From Candidatus Woesearchaeota archaeon (GTDB lineage Archaea; Nanobdellota; Nanobdellia; Woesearchaeales; ARS49): a stretch of 64,000 nucleotides of DNA. Position 1 is the stretch's first letter. Each line of letters opens with the position of its first letter. This document shows positions 55,560-64,000 of this stretch, piece after piece. The translations under genes were made by a program, and so were the position numbers. The notes below the pieces were generated by a model. That model was not told where the DNA came from. It was given only the letters and a program-made list of their open reading frames with translations, and searched no databases. The DNA lies in the NCBI GenBank assembly GCA_003599055.1, contig QZIM01000002.1:70097-134096 (forward strand), read 5' to 3'.

Positions 55560-57637
55560 GAGTGTGATGGGCAGTATTTGAGGGGTTCTTTTTCTTGGTC
55601 AAAGTGATGGGCGATGCGGCGGACCATTGAGCGAAGCGCGGACACGCGGGCAATGTTTTGTATGGGTTCGGGAAGTGCAGGGTCATTCATAATTGCAAGG
55701 TATCGTGAGCTGAGCTGTTCGCCCTCTTGGGAGGTTTGGGCTTGTTTTGCGGAGAGCCGCTGGATTTCTTCAAGGACGGGGCGTACTGCCGCAGCGTCTT
55801 CTGCGCTTGCTGCCTTCAGGTAGTCCTTGCGTTCAAACCGCGCAACTTCTGTGCAGATTATGGGTGCAAAAAAGCAGTAGTGCTTGATGTTTCTGGTGAA
55901 TCGTTCCCGCCGGTCTTCGTATTCTGTTTTTGAGATTTGCTGGGCGCCGTACTGGTCGCAGGTTCTTTGCCAGTATCCGGTAAACAGGTTAAGGTCGCGA
56001 AGGGTTCGGAAGAGCAGCATGGATGAGAGGGTGAGCTTGTCATCAACAAGGTCCTCTTGTCCGATTGCGCGAACATACGCGTGTGCGAGGTCGTAGACTC
56101 TTTGGCGGGCGGCTTTTGCGCGGATGGTGCTTTTTGGCTTGTTTGCATCCGATGTGTCGTAGAGAAGGAAGTTGGTCCCGTACTGGACGACGAGGCGGGC
56201 GACGTCTTCAAGTGAGTGTGCCCACCGGCATTCTTTGAGGTCAATGTTGTGGAGGTGTGTCCGGACTTTCTCCGGGTCAATATGCGCGCCGGTTTCATCG
56301 CTGAACTGGCTGAGCAGTTGGGTGACGGTCGGCTTTTCATTTGGGCCGATAAGGATGTTTCCGTGTGAGAGGTCGCGGTTGCGCACGACGTGGGAATCCT
56401 CGGTCCTGATTCGGTAGACAAATCTGGTGGCCTCCTGCCAAAGCGTGGCGCTTTGCGGGTCAAGGAAGTTTAATCCTGCACGGCGTTCAAAGTTTTCCGG
56501 GGTTCCTTTCAGTTTCCGGTAATAGTAGTCCTGCACTTGTTTGGGGGATGGTTTGGCATTTGCAATTGCAGGGACGAGGGGGCGTTTGTTGTGAACCCAT
56601 ACGCGTCCCATTGCGAGTGCCTGATGGATAAGCGTGTTTCGAAGCTCATCAACGAGTTCTTTGCGCACGCTTCGGGAGTGCGCAGAATTGAGTTCGTCAA
56701 GGACGCGCCAAAGGGGTTCGCCTTCAATATATTCCATAAGGACAAATGCTTTTTCTCCGTTGTATTTTTTTGGGACAAAGGGTGCGGTGATGTATGCGGT
56801 GGAAAAGCCAAGTTGGGGGTGGGTGCTGAAGAAGGCAGCGTCAAGATGCCGTTGTTCTGCGAGTTGTTCTGCGGTAAATCCTGCGCGGGGTTCAACAATG
56901 CGGAAAATCCAGTTTTTGCCGCGCGGCGTTCCTTCGACTTTTCCGACCGTGGCTTCGCCGCTTTCCCCTTCTCCGAGGACGCGGACCATATAGTTAAGGC
57001 TGGCATTGCCGTATGTTTCCATCAGTGTTTCAATGTGAGGGTCAAGTGTTCGGGCGATTTCCTCGCGTTTTGCAGGGTCTTTTTCTTGGTCGTATTTGAG
57101 CATTCCGGGGACGATGATGTCGTGGTACAGCCTGCGGTAGTCTTCTTCGATGTTTGTTCGTACTCTGCGTGAGAGTGCGACAAATTCTTCTGCGATGACA
57201 AGTGCTTTCCTGAATTTTGGCGGGTCTTGCCGGCTGAGTATTTCTTTTCCGCGGGGGTGTTGTTCAAGGTAGGAGCGGATGATTGCGCGGGCGCTGAGCG
57301 CGTCAAGGAGCGCCTGGTCTATTTCGTCTTCGTCTGCCACTTTGAACAGGTTGTACGTGCTGACAAGGTCGTGTGCATCTGCTGAGCTGATGGGTTTCTC
57401 GTGTGCAAAAAGGACAGGGACGCAGACGTTTGACTGGTTGGTTGTGCAGAATTCTTCAAGCTTGCTTTGCCCTTCGATAATGATTGCCTCATAACGGGGG
57501 AGGATGTCAAGTGCGGGAGGGCAATGTCCGGTGTCAACCTCGATGTGGCGGGGAACGTCGCAAAGCTCTGCAGCGTGCCGATTGGGCTTATCTGTAAGGA
57601 GAAATATTCTTTTCTCAAGTGATATGGATTCCCCCAT
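55556..57637 (-). CDS. Protein-kinase-like/phosphotransferase protein
   Basis: LGEGESG, LMEYIEGEPL, RDLSHGNIL, NID motifs. Confidence 0.7.
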   Translation of the reverse strand: MGESISLEKRIFLLTDKPNRHAAELCDVPRHIEVDTGHCPPALDILPRYEAIIIEGQSKLEEFCTTNQSNVCVPVLFAHEKPISSADAHDLVSTYNLFKVADEDEIDQALLDALSARAIIRSYLEQHPRGKEILSRQDPPKFRKALVIAEEFVALSRRVRTNIEEDYRRLYHDIIVPGMLKYDQEKDPAKREEIARTLDPHIETLMETYGNASLNYMVRVLGEGESGEATVGKVEGTPRGKNWIFRIVEPRAGFTAEQLAEQRHLDAAFFSTHPQLGFSTAYITAPFVPKKYNGEKAFVLMEYIEGEPLWRVLDELNSAHSRSVRKELVDELRNTLIHQALAMGRVWVHNKRPLVPAIANAKPSPKQVQDYYYRKLKGTPENFERRAGLNFLDPQSATLWQEATRFVYRIRTEDSHVVRNRDLSHGNILIGPNEKPTVTQLLSQFSDETGAHIDPEKVRTHLHNIDLKECRWAHSLEDVARLVVQYGTNFLLYDTSDANKPKSTIRAKAARQRVYDLAHAYVRAIGQEDLVDDKLTLSSMLLFRTLRDLNLFTGYWQRTCDQYGAQQISKTEYEDRRERFTRNIKHYCFFAPIICTEVARFERKDYLKAASAEDAAAVRPVLEEIQRLSAKQAQTSQEGEQLSSRYLAIMNDPALPEPIQNIARVSALRSMVRRIAHHFDQEKEPLKYCPSHS

Positions 57638-57805
57638 TGTAACCACACAGTAATGGTTTCAAGTCCATTTATAAAGCTTTCGCTGAATGATGCACGATAA
57701 TTACGGATATGCGTTACTGATGAGTCAAAAATAAATCGTTATTTTTATATAGTCTGAACTTTATATGTTGCCAAGGCAAGACCTGACCAGGTGACAGTAT
57801 AAACA

Positions 57806-58222
57806 ATGGAAACAGCAAATGCAAACGGAAACGGTTTGAACGGGACAAATCTTTATGCAAATCCTCTTTTACCGATGTTAGGGACCCCTGACTTTAAGCG
57901 GCTTGTGCGCGTGTGCAGGCGCGAGTTTCAAAGCAACTATGAGCAAATGCTTGCGGCATATGTTGCCCGCCTTCCGACTGAGCCGAATGCGCCAAAGCCG
58001 GAAACGCTTGCAACGGAGATTCGGATGCTGTATATGCTTGCATACGTCGATAGTGAGGTAAAGGCAGGCCATTGTGTTCGTCCTGATGGCTCATCCGTAT
58101 CCTCGGTGGATGAGTTGTGCAGGGAGTTTCCGTCGGTTGACTTAGAGACTGTGCAGGGAGATACGCCGTCAAACGGGAATCCGTTGGCGAGGTTCTTCTA
58201 TGGAAAATCAAAGAGCGCATAG
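57806..58222 (+). CDS. Hypothetical protein
   Basis: 138-aa ORF with RBS and TATA box upstream. Confidence 0.55.
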   Translation: METANANGNGLNGTNLYANPLLPMLGTPDFKRLVRVCRREFQSNYEQMLAAYVARLPTEPNAPKPETLATEIRMLYMLAYVDSEVKAGHCVRPDGSSVSSVDELCREFPSVDLETVQGDTPSNGNPLARFFYGKSKSA

Positions 58223-59045
58223 TCCTGTGCCTTCCCGGTTTCTTGATGTTGCGCTGGATGCTGCGGTTCTTGCGGGAAAAGAAATCCTTGGCCTGCACGG
58301 TGATTCTGCTGCGGAAAAAAAGCCGGACGAGAGTCTTATCACGTGGGCGGATATGGCAAGCGATGAGGTGATAAGTGAGAGGATTAAAAGGAGTTTTCCT
58401 GAGCACGCGCTGGTAAGTGAAGAGCGGTATGAGGATTCGCGCAGGTTTTGTGCTGAATACACCTGGATTGTTGACCCGCTTGACGGGACAAGGGATTTTG
58501 TAAAACAAACAGGGCAATTCGCCGTGCATATTGGGCTGGTGTGCGGAACAGAGCCGGTTTTGGGTGTGGTGTATGTGCCGATGACTGATTCTCTGTATCA
58601 CGCGGCGCCCGGCCTGTTTGCGGGAGCGCGCAAGATTTGTCAGGGAAAATCAAGCGAGATTCACGTCAATGATTGCGCGCTTGAGGATGCGGTTCTCATC
58701 CTCAGTTCCAACAAGTTTTCGAAGGAAGATGCAGACCGTGCGGCGCAAAATTTTGGAATGCGGCGGGCGTGGCGAAGCGGCGGCCTTGGGTGCAAGATGA
58801 TGGCAGTAGCAGAGGGCACTGCGGATGTGTACATTTATGAGCGGCAAAAGGCCCACGAGTGGGATACGCTTGCGCCGGATGTGATTTTGCGGGCTGCGTG
58901 CGGGAGATTGACTGACTACTTTGGAAATTCATTGGCGTATAATGTTCCGCGAACAGGAGTATTTACACGAGGGCTGGTGTGTGCGCCCGAGCAGCTGCAC
59001 GGGGAAGTTCTGAAAAAGGTGCAGTCGGTGATTCCGTTAAAATGA
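58200..59045 (+). CDS. cysQ: 3'(2'),5'-bisphosphate nucleotidase / inositol monophosphatase family
   Basis: SEE, WIVDPLDGTRDF, EWDT motifs. Confidence 0.85.
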   Translation: MENQRAHSPVPSRFLDVALDAAVLAGKEILGLHGDSAAEKKPDESLITWADMASDEVISERIKRSFPEHALVSEERYEDSRRFCAEYTWIVDPLDGTRDFVKQTGQFAVHIGLVCGTEPVLGVVYVPMTDSLYHAAPGLFAGARKICQGKSSEIHVNDCALEDAVLILSSNKFSKEDADRAAQNFGMRRAWRSGGLGCKMMAVAEGTADVYIYERQKAHEWDTLAPDVILRAACGRLTDYFGNSLAYNVPRTGVFTRGLVCAPEQLHGEVLKKVQSVIPLK

Positions 59046-59632
59046 GTGCAGAAAAGCGCGTGTATCTTCTTCGTCACGGGGAAACGTGGGACAATGTGAA
59101 CGGGATTCATCAGGGCTGGTCTCCTTCTGCATTGACGCAGAAGGGAGTTGAGCAGGCGTATGCCGCAGGCGTCCTGCTAAGGGATGCGGGAATTGAGCGG
59201 ATTTTTTGCAGTGATTTGGTTCGGGCAAAAGAAACTGCAGAGGAGGTTCGAAAGCAGGTTTCCGCACCGATAGTCTATGCGTCCTGGTTGCGTGAGCTTG
59301 GCAAGGGAGTTTTTGAGGGGTTGCCTTCTGGCACGTTGAAGAGGCACATCCGGAGCAACAATCTTGACTCGTACACATACGCTCCAAAAGGAGGAGAGTC
59401 TTTGCAGGGCTTTGAGGAGCGTGTCATTTCCGGGTTTAATGAGTGTATTGCGTGCGCGCCAAACGTCTCATTATTCATCACGCACGGAGGGGTCATCGCA
59501 GCGCTCAGATATTATGTGGAAGGGAAGAGGGTTGGAAAGCTCTTTGCATATGCGCCAAACAACGGTGAAATTATGGTGTTGGAGAACAGGGAGTCGCTAA
59601 GGATTCGCCCGTTCGCCCCCCACAACCTTTAA
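59042..59632 (+). CDS. Histidine phosphatase family protein
   Basis: LRHGET, SDLVRA, GES, THGG. Confidence 0.9.
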   Translation: MSAEKRVYLLRHGETWDNVNGIHQGWSPSALTQKGVEQAYAAGVLLRDAGIERIFCSDLVRAKETAEEVRKQVSAPIVYASWLRELGKGVFEGLPSGTLKRHIRSNNLDSYTYAPKGGESLQGFEERVISGFNECIACAPNVSLFITHGGVIAALRYYVEGKRVGKLFAYAPNNGEIMVLENRESLRIRPFAPHNL

Positions 59633-59657
59633 AAACTCACTTCTGCTTTTTTGTCGT

Positions 59658-61130
59658 ATGCCGACTGAAGAGGAATTAATTGCAGAGCGCAAAAGAAAGC
59701 GTGATGATTTTTTGAAGGCGGGAATCAACCCGTATCCGTATTCGTACGACCCGTCGCATAAGAGTGTTGAATTGCAGAAAAAGTATGAAAAGCTCGCGCT
59801 CGAGGAGCGAACGAATGATTCGGTGAAGGTTGCGGGCAGAATCGTCGGTTTGCGGCGAATGGGAAAAGCAACGTTCCTGCATTTGCTTGATGGCGCAGGA
59901 AAGGTTCAGTGTTATTTCAAGTTTGATGACTTGCCGGAAACATACGACCTACTCAAGCTTGCGGACGTGGGTGACTGGCTGGGGGTTGAAGGGACGATTT
60001 TCAAGACGAAAACCGGTGAAGTCACCGTGTGGGCAAAGAATTTCACGATGCTATGCAAGAGCCTGCGTCCGCTTCCGGAAAAATGGCACGGCTTGCAGGA
60101 TATCGAGCAGCGGTATCGCAAGAGGTATGTTGACCTGATTGTGAACCCCAACGTTCGTGAGACGTTTGTGCAGCGCTCAAAGATTATCAATGCAGTGCGG
60201 GGCGAACTGGACAGGCGCGGCTATCTTGAGGTTGACACGCCGATTATTCACTCGATTTACGGCGGGGCGAATGCAAAGCCGTTTAAGACGCATCTTAATT
60301 CGCTCAAGATGGACTGTTATTTGCGCGTTGCAACCGAGCTGCACCTCAAGCGCCTTTTGGTCGGTGGGTTTGAGAAAGTGTATGAGGTTGGCCGCCTGTT
60401 TCGAAATGAGGATATTGACCGGACGCATAATCCTGAATTCACGAGCGTTGAGGCGTATTCGGCGTACGGCGACTATATGACGATGAAAGAGCTCATTGAG
60501 GACATTTATGTTGCCGCGGCAAAGGCAATTCACGGCTCAACCAAATTTGAATATCAGGGCCACGAGATTGACGTGAAAAAGCCGTGGGCGAGTTATACGA
60601 TGGTTGAGGTATTGCAAAAGTTTGCGGGAATCGATGCGGAAAAAATTAGTGTTGATGATATGAAAAAGCTCTGTGCGCAGCACAGGATTCAGGTTGAAGA
60701 AAATTTGACCAGAGGTCAACTGATTCAGGCACTCTTTGAGGACTTGGTTGAGCCAAAGCTCATTCAGCCGACGTTCATCACGCATCACCCGCTTGAGTCA
60801 ACGCCGCTGTGCAAGCAGTGCCGTGAGCCGCACTTAAATGAGCATTTCATTGAGCGCTTTGAGCCGTATATTGCGGGGATGGAAATTGCGAACGCGTATT
60901 CTGAGCTCAACGACCCGGTAATTCAGCGAAAGCTGCTTGAGGAGCAGGCGGCGCAATTGCGCGCAGGAGCAGAAGAGGCGCACCCGATGGATGAGGACTT
61001 TGTTGAGGCAATCGAGTTTGGAATGCCTCCTGCGGGCGGGATTGGTTTTGGGATTGACCGGATGATTATGCTTTTGACAAACAACGCAAGTATTCGGGAC
61101 GTCTTGCTGTTCCCGTTCATGAAGCAATGA
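59658..61130 (+). CDS. lysS: Lysyl-tRNA synthetase, class II
   Basis: YGGANAKPF, FRNE...HNPEF, GIDR...IRDVLLFP; OB-fold N-domain. Confidence 0.96.
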   Translation: MPTEEELIAERKRKRDDFLKAGINPYPYSYDPSHKSVELQKKYEKLALEERTNDSVKVAGRIVGLRRMGKATFLHLLDGAGKVQCYFKFDDLPETYDLLKLADVGDWLGVEGTIFKTKTGEVTVWAKNFTMLCKSLRPLPEKWHGLQDIEQRYRKRYVDLIVNPNVRETFVQRSKIINAVRGELDRRGYLEVDTPIIHSIYGGANAKPFKTHLNSLKMDCYLRVATELHLKRLLVGGFEKVYEVGRLFRNEDIDRTHNPEFTSVEAYSAYGDYMTMKELIEDIYVAAAKAIHGSTKFEYQGHEIDVKKPWASYTMVEVLQKFAGIDAEKISVDDMKKLCAQHRIQVEENLTRGQLIQALFEDLVEPKLIQPTFITHHPLESTPLCKQCREPHLNEHFIERFEPYIAGMEIANAYSELNDPVIQRKLLEEQAAQLRAGAEEAHPMDEDFVEAIEFGMPPAGGIGFGIDRMIMLLTNNASIRDVLLFPFMKQ

Positions 61131-61474
61131 AAGACCGAATTACAATTGGGCTCACTGCGCGCGTGGTCGTATTCGGAAAATCAGGAAAAAAGGAAGTGAT
61201 GGCGCGGGTTGATACAGGGGCGACCAAGAGCAGTATTGATGAGCGGCTTGCGGCGGAATTGGGTTTGGGAAAGGAGCTTCGCCGGGTTCTTATCAAGTCC
61301 GCGCACGGGAGCAAGCATCGGGGTGTGGTGATGGCGGATGTGAGTATTTCCGGTGAATTGTGCTCGGCAGAGTTCACGCTCGCGGACCGTTCGCATATGA
61401 AGTATCGCGTGCTTATCGGCCAGAACATTTTAAAAAAAGGGTTCTTGATTGACCCCTTAAAGGGTGGTTTATGA
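61127..61474 (+). CDS. RimK-associated retropepsin-like protease
   Basis: ARVDTGA..SSID, DRSHMKY.VLIG. Confidence 0.88.
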   Translation: MKDRITIGLTARVVVFGKSGKKEVMARVDTGATKSSIDERLAAELGLGKELRRVLIKSAHGSKHRGVVMADVSISGELCSAEFTLADRSHMKYRVLIGQNILKKGFLIDPLKGGL

Positions 61475-62544
61475 AAGCAGCATTGATATCGCTTGGAAGC
61501 ATTTCATCGAAATGGCTTATTGAGGCGCTTGGGAAGCAGTTTGATTCTGTTGACCATATTGATGTTGCGGAGTTGGAAGTATCGCTTGGCGGAAAGGAGG
61601 GCAGGGTGTTATATCAGGGAAACCCGCTCCCAAAGTATGACTGCATTTATGCGCGCGGGAGTTTTCGGTACGCAGTGTTGCTTCGTGCGGTAACAACGCT
61701 GCTTCAGGAAAACACGTATATGCCGCTTCGTGCGGCGAGCTTTACGATTGGCCACGATAAGTTGCTCACGCATTTGAAATTCCAGGAAAACGGCGTTCCG
61801 CAGCCGACGACGTATCTTGCGGCAACTGCTGCAGCGGGAAAGAAAATTCTGCAAAAGGTCAAGTTTCCGGTGGTGTTTAAGCTTCCTGCGGGAACGCACG
61901 GCAAGGGCGTGATGATTGCGGACAGTCAGGAGAGCGCAAGTTCAATGGTTGATGCGCTCGCGCTCCTCAAGCAACCGTTTTTGATTCAGGAGTTTGTCGA
62001 GACGGGAGGGACTGATTATCGCTGTATCGTGGTGGGTGATGAGGTTGTTGCGGCAATGAAGCGTGTTGCGGGAAAGGGTGAGAGCAGGGCAAATATTCAC
62101 GCAGGAGGGCAGGGAATTCCAATTGATGTTGATGCAAGGACAAGGCAGGCAGCGCTGCTTGCTGCAAAGAGTTGCGGGCTTGAGGTGTGCGCGGTTGACA
62201 TTTTGCCAAGTGCAAAAGGCCCGCTTGTCCTTGAGGTGAACTTAAGCCCCGGCCTTCAGGGGATTACAAAGGTTACCGGTCTTAATATTGCGGAAAAGAT
62301 TGCAAAATTCCTGCGGGCAAAAACAGAAGAGCGCCAAAACGTGCGCAAAAAGGCGGTGTTGCAGGAGGTCGAGCCTGAGCAGGAGGTTCACGGCGAGCTC
62401 GATTTTCGCGGAGACCGTATTTTGCTCCCTGAGGTGGTGACGATGGCGTCAAAAATTAAGCAGGGGGACGAGGTTGTCATTCGGGCAAAGAAGGGGCAGG
62501 TCTATATTGTGAAACAGAAGGGAAAGGAAAAGAGTAAAGAATAA
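61471..62544 (+). CDS. rimK: RimK/LysX ATP-grasp ligase with C-terminal AbrB-like extension
   Basis: DKLLT, GTHGKGV, QEFV, RANIH.GG, EVNLSPG. Confidence 0.9.
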   Translation: MKAALISLGSISSKWLIEALGKQFDSVDHIDVAELEVSLGGKEGRVLYQGNPLPKYDCIYARGSFRYAVLLRAVTTLLQENTYMPLRAASFTIGHDKLLTHLKFQENGVPQPTTYLAATAAAGKKILQKVKFPVVFKLPAGTHGKGVMIADSQESASSMVDALALLKQPFLIQEFVETGGTDYRCIVVGDEVVAAMKRVAGKGESRANIHAGGQGIPIDVDARTRQAALLAAKSCGLEVCAVDILPSAKGPLVLEVNLSPGLQGITKVTGLNIAEKIAKFLRAKTEERQNVRKKAVLQEVEPEQEVHGELDFRGDRILLPEVVTMASKIKQGDEVVIRAKKGQVYIVKQKGKEKSKE

Positions 62545-62806
62545 TTTAGCACGGCTCAACCCGATAAGGTATGTCATCTTTTGAGCCAAAAAAGAGTTCA
62601 CAGTCATAGCAAATCATAAGTTCGTTCTCTGCTGTTTGTTTTGGTTCATTGGACACGCGATGCTATCCTTGGCGGGCGCATTGCGCCCGGTCTTGTTCAA
62701 TGAGCGTTGTCTTATCTTCAAGAGAGTCATAAACGCGTTTTTGCGCGTCTGATGATTTCTTTGAGTGTGTCTTCGGGAGAGGTCATTGTATGCGCGAATT
62801 GCAACA

Positions 62807-63175
62807 TTAGCGGCACGGGCCTGCTTGTTCCTGAACGATTCTTCCGCCGCAGTTGTCTGCGCAGACTTTTTCTGCGATTGCGCGGTCAATGGAGGTGATG
62901 CCGGATGAGATGCAGCTGCACGTGTAGCAGTTTTGAATGTCTGTTTCAATTGCGCGGCCGCCCGGGAATGCTCTGCTTCCTTCGATGGCGACGCCGCGAA
63001 TCGCTCCGCCGTATTCTCTTGGTGCGGGAACGGTGAATCCGCCGGATACGCTGGGCGGGGGGAGAAGGCTAGTCTGTTGGGAGGAGGGCTGCGGCTGGCT
63101 CAGCACCAGCGCTATTGACAGTAGTGCTACGGTCAGAACAATAAGGAGTGTTGCCGTTGTTTGTCCTCTTTTCAC
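62807..63175 (-). CDS. Small class III signal peptide Cys-rich protein
   Basis: MKRG/QTT followed by a hydrophobic helix; GGAGG RBS; CYTCSC..C...C..GPC. Confidence 0.7.
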   Translation of the reverse strand: MKRGQTTATLLIVLTVALLSIALVLSQPQPSSQQTSLLPPPSVSGGFTVPAPREYGGAIRGVAIEGSRAFPGGRAIETDIQNCYTCSCISSGITSIDRAIAEKVCADNCGGRIVQEQAGPCR

Positions 63176-63716
63176 GTTTTCCTCCGGTGGCTTTGCCCTT
63201 TTTAATTCTTTCTTCCTTTTTGGGGTCAGTTTGGAGTGCGTGTGCTTTGAGAAGTGAGTACGTGCTGTTCGGTTTTTGGGCGGTCAGTGTGCAGACGTAT
63301 TGGTCGTAACAGCGCCGCGTGACTTTTCCGTCGCCGCCGATGCGCACTGCTGCGGTGGTATCCTGAGTTCTGGTGAATCCTTTGCGAATGATGGCTCTTT
63401 TGAGGGGAGATTGCGGGAGGAGTCGGTCAAGGGCGTTCTTGTTTCTTCCTGCGGCAATGTCTGCAAGGTCGGCATCGTTAAATTCGGTCAGGAGGCAGTC
63501 TGAGGTGATGGTGTAGGTAATGTCGCAAAGGGAGGGGATGTCGTTGTTTGCGCGAACGTCAATGGTGCACGTTTCGCTGTCAAGGCGCAGTCCGTCAATC
63601 GTTCGTTCAAGGGTTGCTTTGCCGTCGAAGTAGTGGCGTTCTTTGCGGGTCGTTCCGGGGCAGTTTTTGGTAAGTTTGGAGTACAAGTCATCAAGTTGCG
63701 CTCTTCCGGAATACAT
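63069..63716 (-). CDS. Hypothetical protein (C-terminal overlap with next gene uncertain)
   Basis: 215-aa ORF with an upstream TATA box. Confidence 0.45.
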   Translation of the reverse strand: MYSGRAQLDDLYSKLTKNCPGTTRKERHYFDGKATLERTIDGLRLDSETCTIDVRANNDIPSLCDITYTITSDCLLTEFNDADLADIAAGRNKNALDRLLPQSPLKRAIIRKGFTRTQDTTAAVRIGGDGKVTRRCYDQYVCTLTAQKPNSTYSLLKAHALQTDPKKEERIKKGKATGGKREKRTNNGNTPYCSDRSTTVNSAGAEPAAALLPTD

Positions 63717-63782
63717 GCGGGAGGGTGGCTCGGGAATAATTTAAAAAGCTATTGGCAAAAATCACTTCTTGGAAGTCATATG

Positions 63783-64000
63783 ATGAAGCTCGGAATCCTT
63801 TTTTCAGGAGGAAAGGACAGCACGCTTGCCCTGCATCGGGCAGCGGAAAGCCACGAAATTGCCTGTTTGATTACGGTAGTTTCCGAAAACCCCGCAAGTT
63901 TTATGTTTCATACGCCAAATATTGACTTGACGGGGTTGCAGGCAGAGGCGCTTGGCGTGCCGCTTGTGCGCGTGACAACCAAGGGCGAGAAGGAAACTGA
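63783..64000 (+). CDS. Diphthine--ammonia ligase (MJ0570 family), runs off the window
   Basis: MKLGILFSGGKDS...SFMFHTPN...QAEALGVP. Confidence 0.9.
   Translation, partial: MKLGILFSGGKDSTLALHRAAESHEIACLITVVSENPASFMFHTPNIDLTGLQAEALGVPLVRVTTKGEKET

Overview
Gene-dense archaeal DNA, most likely a DPANN/Woesearchaeota-type chromosome. This is inferred from TTTAWA boxes about 25 nt before many starts, ATGA-coupled operons, NOG1, EndoQ, TruD, Dph6 and many K/R-G/A-Q class-III-like signal peptides. Housekeeping and enzyme genes include dusB, truD, class II lysS, rimK with its protease, cysQ, phoU, a BtuF-like protein and tRNA-Pro(TGG). They surround a region of about 25 kb of large Cys-rich secreted proteins, built as repeated 'GQ-leader protein + giant secreted protein' modules. 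Four type II toxin-antitoxin pairs are also present. The most striking unexplained signals are non-coding. (1) Two paralogous ~145-nt structured RNA-like elements with compensatory base changes, each with its own TATA box and T-tract, flank a NUDIX gene just downstream of a tandem-NTase/HEPN gene. (2) An array with a ~100-bp period follows tRNA-Pro, made of repeated tRNA 3' ends embedded in imperfect palindromes with variable GNA mini-hairpins. (3) A vapBC cassette is bracketed by a 101-bp duplication of a gene 5' end. A CarF/TMEM189 desaturase homologue is also notable. All family calls come from motif recognition by eye, without database searches.
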